Source: Patescibacteria group bacterium (GTDB taxonomy: Bacteria; Patescibacteriota; UBA1384; XYA2-FULL-43-10; 1-14-0-10-43-13). From it: a stretch of DNA of 64,000 nt. Each line of letters starts with the position of its first letter. Position 1 is the first letter of the stretch. Below the pieces are notes generated by a model, which did not search any database, was not told the origin of the DNA, and was given only the letters and a program-made list of their open reading frames with translations. Shown here piece by piece: positions 1 to 10,028 of this stretch. The DNA lies in the NCBI GenBank assembly GCA_041674765.1, contig JBAYVE010000001.1, positions 134,177 to 198,176 on the forward strand. Reading direction: 5' to 3'. The position numbers were made by a program, and so were the translations under genes.

Positions 1-1440
1 TGGCGTAAGTTTATTGCTTTTGCTGTATTTTTCCTGTTACTCTCCGTCTCTTTTTCTGGATACAGCTACTTCAAAGCAGATCTCAGAACCTTCATCTCAG
101 AGATAGGTCTAGAAGCGCTCAATATCACAGTAGATGTTAGGGAAAATGGATCGATATTCATTGATGGAAAGAAGTCCAAGGAATATGTTAGCCGGGCTGG
201 TGGCAATGATGAGGTTCGTTTCCCGATAATAGATGCACCCGGTCAATTCTATAGATCGGCCACTATCGCTCTGACCCTGCCAAAGGACATAGCGGATAAG
301 ACTGAAATCGATATCAAAGGCATACATGGTGTGGACTATGTCAGTGCCTATAGATCGGATGCAAAAACAATAATTTATGAGGCGAGTGGTATTTCTCCTC
401 AGGCGACTGTTTCCGTTATAGCAAAGATGCCAAAAGGAACAATAGATTATCCCTTGGTGCTTTCTCTTGTAAATCTCTTGAATCTTGTGAAGTACGATGC
501 CTGGATAATTATTGGTATTATAATCCCGTTGATCAGCTTCATTATTATGATCTTTTTTCTCCGTCATTTGGCAAGAGGCAATAAAAGTCTTATCACCGCT
601 GAAAAGTCCGAGGCACCGCCGGCAAGTTTGCCGCCAGCCATAGTCGGCGCCCTATACAGTCAGAGAGTTTCTTCAAGAGAAATTGCAGCCACTTTGGTGG
701 ATCTGGCTCAGCGAGGAGTAATTTATATTATGGATAGGGACCGGGGGTTTGCGTTTGCAAAGAACAAATTTGACAGCCGATTACTACCTTATGAAAAAGT
801 ATTACTGCTGAAAATATTTTCCGGTGGATCTGTTTCTGCGACACAAAAGGATTTACAAAAGGGAATTGATACCAACCTTTATAGTAAGGAGATGACACTT
901 CTAACCGGAGATATATATTCGTTGTCCACAAGACTTGGCTACTTTAAGATGAACCCTCAAAAGATTCATTATAAATATCGGACAATCGCTGTTTTCTCCT
1001 TGCTAATTAGTATGGTTGGATTTTTTATGAGCCTTTTCCTTTTCAGGAACCCGCCTTTTATCGTTTTCTTCTGGCTTGGTATGGCAGCCACCACTATGAT
1101 TATTTTCTCAATGGCCAAAAATATCCCGATTAGAACAAATCTAGGCCAGGAAGCTCTGATTAATTGGTTAGGTTTCCGCAATTTTTTGACAGACAAAGAG
1201 AAAATTTCTTTTTCTTATGATAACTTTGGACTTTTTCAAAAATATTTACCCTATGCTATCGTATTGAATTGTGAAGTATTGTGGGCGAAAAGGTTTTCAG
1301 AACAGAACTTTTCTTTGCCGGAGTGGTATTTGTCAGATAAAAGGGGGTTGGATTTACAGGATTTTTGCCTGTCCCTTTTTCCGATAATTTCCTATGTTGC
1401 TAGGAATTTAACAGCCTCACGAGAGCCTGGTGTAGAATAA
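1..1440 (+). CDS. DUF2207-like membrane protein, 5' end outside the window
   Basis: Frame 1 is open from base 1 into the 331..1440 ORF. It has several TM segments and a C-terminal 'FQKYLPYAIVLNCEVLWAKRF' motif typical of DUF2207. Confidence 0.75.
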   Translation, partial: WRKFIAFAVFFLLLSVSFSGYSYFKADLRTFISEIGLEALNITVDVRENGSIFIDGKKSKEYVSRAGGNDEVRFPIIDAPGQFYRSATIALTLPKDIADKTEIDIKGIHGVDYVSAYRSDAKTIIYEASGISPQATVSVIAKMPKGTIDYPLVLSLVNLLNLVKYDAWIIIGIIIPLISFIIMIFFLRHLARGNKSLITAEKSEAPPASLPPAIVGALYSQRVSSREIAATLVDLAQRGVIYIMDRDRGFAFAKNKFDSRLLPYEKVLLLKIFSGGSVSATQKDLQKGIDTNLYSKEMTLLTGDIYSLSTRLGYFKMNPQKIHYKYRTIAVFSLLISMVGFFMSLFLFRNPPFIVFFWLGMAATTMIIFSMAKNIPIRTNLGQEALINWLGFRNFLTDKEKISFSYDNFGLFQKYLPYAIVLNCEVLWAKRFSEQNFSLPEWYLSDKRGLDLQDFCLSLFPIISYVARNLTASREPGVE

Positions 1441-1443
1441 TTT

Positions 1444-1992
1444 ATGGAATTTATCAGAAATTTACTATCAAAAATAGTTTATGGAGGGGGCGTACTTTTT
1501 GATTTGGCTAAATGGATAATATTTGCTTTTATTGTAATAATTCTTGCCAATACTCTCTGGGTTTCCGTTTTTGTCGTCGATGGACCTTCGATGGAGCCAA
1601 ATTATCATGATAGAGAATTTGTCTTATGGCAAAAGAACGGTACGGGTATTATATATCCTAGAGGTAAGGTTGTTGTCCTCTGTTACCCTGGAGATCCTGA
1701 CAAAAGAAAATATGTTAAGCGCATCATAGGATTGCCTGGCGAGAGAGTAGACATCTATCAAGGCAAGGTCTATATAAACAAGAAACAACTTAGCGAAAAT
1801 TATATTCCTCCCGGTGTCTCCACCGATCCTGAGGGAACTTGGATTGTAAAAGATAATGAGTATTTTGTTTTGGGCGACAACCGACCAGTTTCCAACGACT
1901 CGAGATATTTTGGTCCGGTAGAGACACGGTTTATTTTAGGCACATCAACAGCGGTTATATTACCACGGTTTATGCTCGCCAAAGATATCTAG
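1444..1992 (+). CDS. lepB: Signal peptidase I
   Basis: N-terminal TM helix, GPSMEP (catalytic Ser), YVKRIIGLPGE (Lys) and GDNRPVSNDSRYFG motifs. Confidence 0.97.
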   Translation: MEFIRNLLSKIVYGGGVLFDLAKWIIFAFIVIILANTLWVSVFVVDGPSMEPNYHDREFVLWQKNGTGIIYPRGKVVVLCYPGDPDKRKYVKRIIGLPGERVDIYQGKVYINKKQLSENYIPPGVSTDPEGTWIVKDNEYFVLGDNRPVSNDSRYFGPVETRFILGTSTAVILPRFMLAKDI

Positions 1993-2016
1993 AAAATAAC
2001 ATATAATCAAAACTTC

Positions 2017-2050
2017 AAAAAAATCGCCCGGTCTGAGGGGCGATTTTTTT
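2017..2050. terminator. Bidirectional intrinsic terminator between lepB and rpsT
   Basis: AAAAAAATCGCCC-loop-GGGCGATTTTTTT between convergent genes. Confidence 0.9.
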
Positions 2051-2066
2051 ATTTGCTAGGAGAGTA

Positions 2067-2321
2067 CTATTTTGTGCTGATTGATTTTGCTAAACGTGAC
2101 TTTAGTCTGGCTGCTTTGTTCTTGTGAATGACGTTTTTCTTAGCGGCAAGATCGAGTTCTTTGTACGCCTTTGCTAGAGTTTCCAAAGTAGCTTCACCGG
2201 CTTTATCGGCTATCTTCAAACCTTTGACCGCACTCTTAACCTTGGCGCGGGTAACGTCATTAATGGCCTTTTTCTTTTCGGAAACACGAAGTGATTTTTT
2301 GGCTGATTTAATAATCGGCAT
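2067..2321 (-). CDS. rpsT: 30S ribosomal protein S20
   Basis: MPIIKSAKK...AAKKNVIHKNKAARLKSRL signature. Confidence 0.98.
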   Translation of the reverse strand: MPIIKSAKKSLRVSEKKKAINDVTRAKVKSAVKGLKIADKAGEATLETLAKAYKELDLAAKKNVIHKNKAARLKSRLAKSISTK

Positions 2322-2327
2322 ATCTTT

Positions 2328-2436
2328 AAAATCCTAATTTCTAATTACTAATTTTTTAATCAAATCCTAATTAAATAATTGATTAATTACATTTGGAATT
2401 GACTTGAACATTAGAAATTCTTAATTTTCTAATTCT
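2328..2436. repeat. Heptamer-unit (AATTTCT-like) imperfect inverted repeat in the rpsT leader
   Basis: Tandem aatccta/atttcta/attacta/atttttt units facing ttggaat/ttagaaatt units, located between the promoter and the start codon. Confidence 0.65.
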
Positions 2437-2443
2437 ACTGGTT

Positions 2444-2472
2444 ATTTTATCAGAAAGAGGCGAGATTGTAAA
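2444..2472 (-). promoter_or_regulatory. Sigma70-type promoter for rpsT
   Basis: TTTACA-N17-TAAAAT on the minus strand. Confidence 0.7.
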
Positions 2473-2479
2473 GACATTG

Positions 2480-2639
2480 ATTCCGTAATTTCGAAAACCT
2501 TGCTATTTTCCTGTTTCTTATTGTTCGAAGAGGAACGACGAGAACTTCGGTCACCTATTAGTACCGACAGACTTCTCATTTTTAAGAGTACCATTCGAAG
2601 AATAAATACATTTAATAGGGTTTTAGAGAATCACGGATT
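2480..2639 (+). repeat. ~160-bp dispersed repeat (MITE/REP-derived), copy 1
   Basis: Reverse complement of 49177-49332 with an identical 52-bp core (2558-2609). Short terminal inverted repeats (ttccgtaat...atcacgga). Confidence 0.85.
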
Positions 2640-2733
2640 GATTTTTCTATATGATCGATCTTAGAATAAAAGGTTGTACTAAGTTGTCTATTCGAATACC
2701 ACCCTTAAATAATTGCCATTTAATGATTTATTA

Positions 2734-3699
2734 TTAGGCCATTGCTACTTCTGGGGCTGTATCGGTTTGCTTTCTTTCCTGTAGACGGTCATAGATTTCC
2801 TTTATCCCATCCTCCAACGTCACTGTTGGGATATAACCAAGCTCCTTTGAGATTTTGGTCAGGTCGCCTAGTTGGTTCTTGATATAGCCCTCCTTGACAG
2901 GATTTGGTATTAGCTCTGGTTCTATATTTTTTCCAGTAACTTTGTTTATTATTTCAACAAGTTGTATCAGATTGATTGAACTATTAGTGCCAATATTGAA
3001 AACAGTAAAACCGTACTTTTTATCATTCAATATTGCTCTTTCGATACCTTGCACGACATCTTTCACATTGGTGAAGTCCCGTTCCTGTGTACCATCGCCG
3101 TAAAGAGTTGGTCTTTCGCCTTTTTCCATCATCCAGATAAATTGAGAAACGAGATTAGCAAAGTTACCTTTATGATCTTCATTCAAACCATAAATGCTCA
3201 TAAAGCGGAAGGCAATAATTTCGAGGCCATAGCGCTTGTTGTATGCTCTTGATGATTCTTCTTGGGCATGTTTAGTAACGGCGTAAAAATTTGGCGGTGT
3301 TACTTCCTGATCTTCTGTGAGTGGCGTCGGATTATTACCGTAGATTGAGCTGGTCGAGGCAAAAACCACCTTCTTAACTCCAGTGTCTTTTGCAAAATCA
3401 AGAACGCTGATATGGCCGACGATATTATTTTCGAAGGATCCTTTTAAATCTTCTTCAAACATAGGAGCAGAAGAAGCAGCTGCCAGATGAACGATATAGT
3501 CAAAGTCAGTGCCGGCTTTTTCCAAATCATCTCTATTTAAGACACTCCCTTTAACAAATTTAACTGCTTCAGTCAGATTTTCTTTTTTCCCCAAGAATAA
3601 GTTATCGAATGCTGTGACGTCATGACCCTTGGCTGTCAAAATATTACAGCAGTTTGAACCGATAAATCCTGCCCCTCCTGTAACCAAAATCTTTGCCAT
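2734..3699 (-). CDS. NAD-dependent nucleotide-sugar epimerase/dehydratase
   Basis: TGGAGFIGS, HLAA, YAVTK (YxxxK) and GDGTQERDF motifs. Confidence 0.95.
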   Translation of the reverse strand: MAKILVTGGAGFIGSNCCNILTAKGHDVTAFDNLFLGKKENLTEAVKFVKGSVLNRDDLEKAGTDFDYIVHLAAASSAPMFEEDLKGSFENNIVGHISVLDFAKDTGVKKVVFASTSSIYGNNPTPLTEDQEVTPPNFYAVTKHAQEESSRAYNKRYGLEIIAFRFMSIYGLNEDHKGNFANLVSQFIWMMEKGERPTLYGDGTQERDFTNVKDVVQGIERAILNDKKYGFTVFNIGTNSSINLIQLVEIINKVTGKNIEPELIPNPVKEGYIKNQLGDLTKISKELGYIPTVTLEDGIKEIYDRLQERKQTDTAPEVAMA

Positions 3700-3712
3700 A
3701 AAAACCTTCTGT

Positions 3713-5599
3713 TTAACTTTTATTATAGTCGCTTATTATTTTGTCAGCTTCAGCTTCGCTTAGATTACCAAACGGTGCAAAATCATTCCATGAAAAATCA
3801 AAAGCGCCTTTTTCTTTTATAACATTGTTAACCGCTTTTTGCATTATCGCTCCTCCCAAAGAGAAGATCATATCAGAGCTATTTTTTGTAAGTGCTTCGC
3901 TCGAAGCAGTGAAGGTAGGACCGGTGTTGGAGTAACGGACTAAAACCATAGCTTCTTTTGCATTGTCCGTCACACGTATTCCGCTGTTCATCGTGTCTAT
4001 CTTTAGCAACGGTGTCTGATTTATATTATCTTTAGCAATTTTACACATTTTGTTGGCAATATCATACTTCAACAATCCATCTTTTTTGTCTAACCCCGGC
4101 TTGAATTCCCTGATAATGGTTTGGGGAACATCGTATTCCTTTTGAAGATATTCAAGTTGCTGCATAGGGCTCTTATGCCAGATTTGTGCAGAGAGTCCCA
4201 AAATATAAGTCAGGAAAATCGCCGCGTCATCTCCGCCCTGAACCAAGGGATAAAATTTGGGTGCGCCCCAAATAGGATTCGTCATAGGCGTCAGAAAGGC
4301 ATGGTTGGTATTTTCGACGGCGATTACCGCATCTTTATGTTTGCTCATTAATTCCATAAAGAAGGGATAACCGGGCTCAGAAGCTATCGTGCTGACTTTA
4401 TAATTGCGGCTTTTTAGGGCCTCCGTCAGAAGATTTGCGCTTATCCCGGTCCTCATGTCATAAATAATTGCATGCTCAAGGCCATCAGGATTGTACGTAG
4501 CGAGGTTTTCCAGTGCGAGCATCAAAAGCTCTGTGCCTGTGAGAGAAATAGCTTTACCTGTAGCGTTTAATGCAATGATACTGCCACGATCTCCGTCAGG
4601 ATCCAGGGCTAAATATATCCGGCCATCTTTTTCGGCCTTTTCTTTCAGCGCTTTCATCGGAGCTGATTCATGCTCATTCGGGTCGATGATATTTTCTAAT
4701 TGGAAATTTGAATTTAATTTTTCATTTTGAACTTCGACCTCGGCGCCAAAGGCTCTGAGAATTTCAACTAGGTTTTTCCCGACTGGGCTGCCTGACATGT
4801 TAAAACCAATTTCCAAACCCTTCAATAACTCATTCTTGGGGACCGCCGTTCCTGTTCTTGCCCTAACTAAATCTTCACAGATATCGATGTTATTTGCGGT
4901 AAGATCACCGACGGTTACAGCAAAGTCTTTGGGGTTGTTTACCCCTATTAAATCGGGATATTCACCTTTGATGAATTTGCCGTAAAAATCTTGCATCAGA
5001 TCTGGTCCGCAAAAGACTTTTCCAAGCATCCCGAATTTCGCCCCAAGGTAATCATCGGCTTTATGGCTCATCGTTCCGTAAATCCAGTTGCCGCCGTGTC
5101 CGGTAGAAGCATACATAAATTCTGAAAGATTGCGTATGGCCCCACCATTTTGCACACCCCAGTAAATTATTCCGCCATCCCTGACGATGCCTGTTTGAAT
5201 AAGTGTGTCGGCAAATATCGACATTGAGTCGTAGTGTTTTTCGTAACAATCTACGGCAATGTTAATAATATGACCTGTCTCTTGTCCACTTCTTTCTATC
5301 AGCACTGAAGCATAGGCCAAGGCGAATAAAACTGTTAGCTCGGGATTTTCGCGCCAGACAGAGGAACGGATATCATACCACATCACCTGTCCTCGAAGCA
5401 TATTTTCCAAAGCTTCATCTTTGTGCAATCTTGCTAAAAATTTCAGAGCTCTTTGATAAATGATTTGGTGACCGCTAGCCCCGATCTTTAGCTGTCGACC
5501 AAAAATATCTGTAAGATCTCTCCCAACCGGAATGGTATTGGGGGAGCGTCTGGCCATTTTTTTGACTAAATTCTCAAGGTTTTTTTGTTCGTTTGCCAT
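3713..5599 (-). CDS. Divergent alpha-D-phosphohexomutase (phosphomannomutase-like)
   Basis: TMSH catalytic-Ser loop, DPDGDR metal loop, VRYSNTGP phosphate loop; next to manC. Confidence 0.8.
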   Translation of the reverse strand: MANEQKNLENLVKKMARRSPNTIPVGRDLTDIFGRQLKIGASGHQIIYQRALKFLARLHKDEALENMLRGQVMWYDIRSSVWRENPELTVLFALAYASVLIERSGQETGHIINIAVDCYEKHYDSMSIFADTLIQTGIVRDGGIIYWGVQNGGAIRNLSEFMYASTGHGGNWIYGTMSHKADDYLGAKFGMLGKVFCGPDLMQDFYGKFIKGEYPDLIGVNNPKDFAVTVGDLTANNIDICEDLVRARTGTAVPKNELLKGLEIGFNMSGSPVGKNLVEILRAFGAEVEVQNEKLNSNFQLENIIDPNEHESAPMKALKEKAEKDGRIYLALDPDGDRGSIIALNATGKAISLTGTELLMLALENLATYNPDGLEHAIIYDMRTGISANLLTEALKSRNYKVSTIASEPGYPFFMELMSKHKDAVIAVENTNHAFLTPMTNPIWGAPKFYPLVQGGDDAAIFLTYILGLSAQIWHKSPMQQLEYLQKEYDVPQTIIREFKPGLDKKDGLLKYDIANKMCKIAKDNINQTPLLKIDTMNSGIRVTDNAKEAMVLVRYSNTGPTFTASSEALTKNSSDMIFSLGGAIMQKAVNNVIKEKGAFDFSWNDFAPFGNLSEAEADKIISDYNKS

Positions 5600-5611
5600 T
5601 GTTGCTTTCCG

Positions 5612-6700
5612 TTATAAATAGGGATGCTTGCCCTCTGCCTTTAATTTAGTAAGAAGTTTTTTGACATCATTGGCTTTGTTTTTGTTGGCAATAAACATAA
5701 TGTCGTCGGTGTCGACAACGATCAAATCTTCAAGGCCGATAGTGGCTATCAGTTTATTGTTTGCATATATCAAGCTATTTTTACTATCAATGTCTATATG
5801 ATTTCCTCGGGAGATAATGTGAGCTGAGTAATTGCTCAAAAGAACATCGCAAAGCGTGCTCCAGGTGCCAATATCACTCCATCCCAAATCAGCAGGAATC
5901 GAGAGAAATTTCTTGAAACCTGTGTCTTCAATAATGGCGTTCTCTATTTGCTCTGAGTCTAGTTTGCTATACAAATCATTTATTTTAGTCTCTGCCATCG
6001 GACTATCGGAGTTTTCAATATCGCTGATCATATCAATCGTTCGAATTATTTCCGGGCGAAATTCGCCGATCCAGTTAAGCATTTCCTTAGCTTTGAAGAA
6101 GTAGTAGGCGCCATTCCATAGATAATTCCAGCCCTGAACATATTGATAAGCTGTTTTTAAATCTGGTTTCTCTGTAAACTCTTCGATTTCAAAGACTTGC
6201 CGGCCATCTATTCGGCTTATCTCTTTACCAATTTTCATGTATCCTAGTTCGGTGCTTGGAAAATTTGGGTTAATGCCGACAGCAGTAAGATGGTGGGGAT
6301 GTTTTTCGAGTACCTTCTTGCCAATTTTTATAGTTTCGACAAAAGCATCGGTGTTTTTGATGAGATGGTCGGAGGCAATGGTGGCTATGCTGGCGTCAGG
6401 ATCTTTCTTTAGCAAATACTTACAAATGTAAGCAAAAGCTGGCGCTGTATTCTTGGGTGCTGGCTCTACGATGAAGTGATCATCTGGAAGATCTGGAAGC
6501 TGTTTTTTTGCCTCATCAATAAATTTCCGGATAGTTGAAACATAAACATTCTTTTCTGGTACAGCCTTAATTATACGTTCGTATGTTTCTTGCAGAAGCG
6601 TTTTGTTCGAAATTAATTTGTGAAGCTGTTTGGGACGCTGTTCTCGGCTCATCGGCCATAGTCTGGTGCCTGAACCACCTGCCATAATAACTGCATACAT
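5612..6700 (-). CDS. manC: Mannose-1-phosphate guanylyltransferase
   Basis: MAGGSGTRLWPMSR..PKQ, EPAPKNTAPA, FTEKPD and WSDIGTW motifs. Confidence 0.95.
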   Translation of the reverse strand: MYAVIMAGGSGTRLWPMSREQRPKQLHKLISNKTLLQETYERIIKAVPEKNVYVSTIRKFIDEAKKQLPDLPDDHFIVEPAPKNTAPAFAYICKYLLKKDPDASIATIASDHLIKNTDAFVETIKIGKKVLEKHPHHLTAVGINPNFPSTELGYMKIGKEISRIDGRQVFEIEEFTEKPDLKTAYQYVQGWNYLWNGAYYFFKAKEMLNWIGEFRPEIIRTIDMISDIENSDSPMAETKINDLYSKLDSEQIENAIIEDTGFKKFLSIPADLGWSDIGTWSTLCDVLLSNYSAHIISRGNHIDIDSKNSLIYANNKLIATIGLEDLIVVDTDDIMFIANKNKANDVKKLLTKLKAEGKHPYL

Positions 6701-6779
6701 AAAAAATTCCTCAATATTTAAAAATTTTAATTATTTTCCAAGCTACCACTTAAGCCGCTAGTTGGCAATATAATAATTC

Positions 6780-7679
6780 TTAATACCTGATTATCTCTAG
6801 GTGAGATATTCCAGCGCTAAAAGTAATTTCTACTTTTTGGGGGTTTACCTCGAAATCATTGCTTCTGTATTTATTATTTTCTTTGGTTAACCCGAGGTTC
6901 TTAATATTCGTATCCGAGAGTGCTGATTCGTTGATGATAGAAAGAGCAAATCTCTCCGGTACTGATAAGACGTAGCTAGAAGCGCCTGTTGAAATATCAA
7001 TTTTGACATTAGGGTTTAATGTGCCTACCTTGATTGTAGCGTCGGTTGCTCCCGAATTAATTGAAATTTTTTCCAATTTAATTCTCTCAAAATCCATATT
7101 TAGTTGGCTTGCTCCGGTATTGACAACCATAGAAAGGGGTAAATTCTCCTTGATAATCAAGTTCATCTCTCTTTTGCGATTTCTCTGCCAGAAAAAATTG
7201 TTTACATCCTCTTTTATCCTAGTAGTCAAAACTCCTCCTGATCTTTGATCGCTTGTCTCCAGATTACCGAAACCATCTGCATCTATTGTATAGGGGGTAC
7301 TCAAAGATTTCGAAGATCCTAGAATAATTTTTGCTGCTCCAAGGTCAAGGTTCAAGTTTAAATTGGAAACAGACTCTGGATTTGGAGCAGTTATAGTCTG
7401 GGTTGATACTGTCTGCTCGTTTTTTACTTCTCTTATCTGGCCAATATTCAAAAGAAAAGCGGCTGCCAGGAGTGCGAAAACAATTATTACTATAAAAGAG
7501 GCGACTATGTTTCTGCCGCCGATTATCTTAAATCCTAAAATTATCAGCAAAACTGGCCAATAAAGGAACAGGGAATACCAGATTTCAATTCCCCACCAGT
7601 GTAGGTTTAGGCCCATCAATATCAGACCGAGGAATAAAACAATTATTCCCCAGAAGATTCTATTAATATTTAGGTTCAT
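6780..7679 (-). CDS. LiaF/LiaI-like (DUF5668) membrane protein with extracellular beta-rich domain
   Basis: N-terminal 'IFWGIIVLFLG...YWPVLLIILG' TM bundle. ATG at 7679 follows AAGGAG and overlaps the pspC-like stop. Confidence 0.7.
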   Translation of the reverse strand: MNLNINRIFWGIIVLFLGLILMGLNLHWWGIEIWYSLFLYWPVLLIILGFKIIGGRNIVASFIVIIVFALLAAAFLLNIGQIREVKNEQTVSTQTITAPNPESVSNLNLNLDLGAAKIILGSSKSLSTPYTIDADGFGNLETSDQRSGGVLTTRIKEDVNNFFWQRNRKREMNLIIKENLPLSMVVNTGASQLNMDFERIKLEKISINSGATDATIKVGTLNPNVKIDISTGASSYVLSVPERFALSIINESALSDTNIKNLGLTKENNKYRSNDFEVNPQKVEITFSAGISHLEIIRY

Positions 7680-8104
7680 TTCTTCTCCTTGGTACTCGAT
7701 AAGATCAACATAAGACCGATCCCGATTAGGATAACAGGCCAAAAATTTGCCCACACATTTATGCCTGAGATATTTTGGATTAGGAAAAGTAGCCCGAGAA
7801 TTGCGATTATAGAGCCGATAATTACATTACTCTTGGTAAGCGGTTTATACGTTGAGTCTTTATCATTCTCCTTTGTCTCATATTCTACACTCTCCTCGCT
7901 TCTCTTATCGGATTGGCAGTTCGGGCCTTCAGGAATGATAATCCAAGCGATGAGATAAAGAACAAAACTAATGCTTGTAAAAAGAAGCAGAACAAAGATT
8001 AGCCTTATTAGAACAGGATCAATTTCAAAATATTCTCCGATCCCGCCACAGACTCCGCCTATCATCCTGTTCTTGCAGGAACGATATAGTCTTTTCTCGC
8101 TCAT
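7676..8104 (-). CDS. PspC domain protein with C-terminal LiaI-like TM hairpin
   Basis: KRLYRS..NRMIGGVCGGIGEYFEIDPVLIRLIF...YLIAWIIIPE. Confidence 0.92.
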   Translation of the reverse strand: MSEKRLYRSCKNRMIGGVCGGIGEYFEIDPVLIRLIFVLLLFTSISFVLYLIAWIIIPEGPNCQSDKRSEESVEYETKENDKDSTYKPLTKSNVIIGSIIAILGLLFLIQNISGINVWANFWPVILIGIGLMLILSSTKEKK

Positions 8105-8247
8105 ACGTCTCCTTTTTTAATTCTTTATTATCTCTGATTATAGCACAAACCAGCTCTTGTTTGTAATTATCTATCCCTGGAAATAAGCGATCTATACCAT
8201 TAGTAATTTTGGGATATGATCCATTTCATCCAAAATATCTTTTCCGC

Positions 8248-8275
8248 TTGACATTTAATCGATTTTTGCTAAACT
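8248..8275 (+). promoter_or_regulatory. Sigma70-type promoter for the DHH gene
   Basis: TTGACA-N16-TAAACT with an extended TG. Confidence 0.6.
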
Positions 8276-8289
8276 AACTAGTTTCCTGA

Positions 8290-8373
8290 TTAAGCTAATG
8301 GCGAATAAGGCCAAATAAAGCTAATGCTGGAAAATTCATTATTATTAGCTCAATAGATCAATTAGTCATTGGC
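8290..8373. repeat. 9-mer-unit (GCTAAT/GCGAAT) inverted repeat in the DHH leader
   Basis: gctaatggc gaataaggc caaataaag ctaatg facing cattattattagc tcaatagat caattagt cattggc. Similar to 12342-12408. Confidence 0.6.
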
Positions 8374-8380
8374 TTTTTAT

Positions 8381-9538
8381 ATGGAGTTATCCCCGAAACA
8401 ACAAGTGGTTGATATTCTGAAAAATAGCCAGAAAATTTTACTTCTGACTCACAAAAACCCGGATGGCGATGCGCTGGGCAGTATTTTGGCGCTTTATCTT
8501 TCTCTAAAAAAGATGGGCAAAGATGTCACTGCAGTTTGTTGCGATCCTGCGCCGGCTGTCTATGATTATTTGCCTGAAATGAAAGATATCGGTCAAAACT
8601 TTACCGGTAACCGTGATTTTATTATCTCACTCGATGTCTCAAAGGTAAAAGCAGACAAAATAATGTACAAAGTTATAGAGAATAAGCTGCAATTCATCAT
8701 CTCTCCGGAGGGAGGCCAATTTGATAGAAGTATGCTTTTATGCGAAAGCGGCGGTTTCCATTTTGAAGCAATTGTTGTTCTTGATTCCCCCGATTTGGAT
8801 CGTATAGGCTCTCCGTATGAGAAAAATCCGGAAATTTTTTATGACGTACCGGTTATTAATATCGATCATCATGCCGGTAACGATCAATTCGGAAAAATTA
8901 ATCTGGTGGATTTAACTGCAACTTCGACTGCTGAAATTCTGGTTTCTGTTTTGGAAGCTTTGGCAGGTGATGCCAAATTTATCACCGAGCCTATCGCAAC
9001 AGCGCTACTGACCGGTATAATCACCGATACCAATTCTTTCCAAAATACCAATACTACACCAAAATCTCTAACTGTTGCGGCCCAATTAGTCGCTTTTGGC
9101 GGGCGCCAACAGGATATTATTAAGAATATTTATAAGACGAAAGCTCTTTCCACCTTGCGGTTATGGGGACGTGCCCTATCAAGTCTCCGCGATGAGCAAA
9201 ATTACCGCTTTGTCTGGACACAGTTGAAGAAGAAAGACTATTTGGAGGTTGGGGCAGCCGAGGAAGAATCAAGCGGGGTTATCGATGAACTCTTGAAGAC
9301 AGCCTCGGGTGTCGATTTCGCCCTGCTCCTTTCGGAGAAGAACGGTGATCTACATGGTTCTCTGAGATCAACTGTAAGCACGAAAGACGTTGCAGAAATT
9401 GCCCGCTTATTCGGAGGGGGTGGTCATCCGAACGCTGCTGCTTTTCAATTGAAAGAGTCTTCTCTCGAAAAATCCTGCACTCAAATTATCCAACGGATCA
9501 AGGATTATCAGGATAACCAGGATAAACTCACAAAATAA
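8381..9538 (+). CDS. DHH/DHHA1 phosphoesterase (NrnA-like nanoRNase/pAp phosphatase)
   Basis: THKNPDGDALGS, IDHH, TDTNSF and GGGGHPNAA motifs. ATG 8381 preferred over TTG 8369. Confidence 0.93.
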   Translation: MELSPKQQVVDILKNSQKILLLTHKNPDGDALGSILALYLSLKKMGKDVTAVCCDPAPAVYDYLPEMKDIGQNFTGNRDFIISLDVSKVKADKIMYKVIENKLQFIISPEGGQFDRSMLLCESGGFHFEAIVVLDSPDLDRIGSPYEKNPEIFYDVPVINIDHHAGNDQFGKINLVDLTATSTAEILVSVLEALAGDAKFITEPIATALLTGIITDTNSFQNTNTTPKSLTVAAQLVAFGGRQQDIIKNIYKTKALSTLRLWGRALSSLRDEQNYRFVWTQLKKKDYLEVGAAEEESSGVIDELLKTASGVDFALLLSEKNGDLHGSLRSTVSTKDVAEIARLFGGGGHPNAAAFQLKESSLEKSCTQIIQRIKDYQDNQDKLTK

Positions 9539-9608
9539 TAGATTTCTCTCTTGAAAAGATATTAGATTTAGGTTATAAATAATAGTAACAATTAATAAGG
9601 GGAGAAAC

Positions 9609-9734
9609 TGCCGCAGGGCGCTTTGTTCATAAAGTCCATAAAGCCAAGTTGTAATGTCATTACCAATTACCTTGTAAGCTTTAAACTTTTAACTTTATAA
9701 ACGAAAGTACGCTTTGCTTAGCAGCTGAAAGGAA
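9609..9734 (+). promoter_or_regulatory. Structured rpsO 5' leader containing a 9-mer repeat hairpin
   Basis: Outer stem ctgc..gcagggcg / cgctttgc..gcag encloses ttcataaag tccataaag ... ctttaaac ttttaac tttataaac. It ends in GCTGAAAGGA just before the ATG. Confidence 0.6.
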
Positions 9735-9736
9735 AA

Positions 9737-10024
9737 ATGGTTAAGAAAGAAAGCAGCGAGAAGGTCACAGTCAAGAAAGATGACCTGATTAAGAAGTATC
9801 AAACCCACAAGAATGATACAGGCTCAACTGAGGTTCAGATAGCAATCCTCACAAAGAAAGTTTCAGATTTGACCGGTCATTTGAAAGAGCATAAGAAGGA
9901 TTTTGATTCAAGACGCGGCCTCTTAATGATGGTTGGCAAACGCAGACGGCTCCTAAACTACCTTCGAAAAAACGAAGAAGAGAAATATCAGAAAATAATT
10001 GCTGATTTGGGCCTTAAGAAATAG
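9737..10024 (+). CDS. rpsO: 30S ribosomal protein S15
   Basis: [13 protein letters not shown]...[25 protein letters not shown]. Confidence 0.99.
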   Translation: MVKKESSEKVTVKKDDLIKKYQTHKNDTGSTEVQIAILTKKVSDLTGHLKEHKKDFDSRRGLLMMVGKRRRLLNYLRKNEEEKYQKIIADLGLKK

Positions 10025-10028
10025 TTTC

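Noticed and set aside
109-567. Minus-strand 152-aa ORF and similar shadow ORFs inside pnp, rnj, ftsK, recA, ppsA and rpoD
   Set aside because: They fully overlap well-supported genes and show no recognisable motifs.
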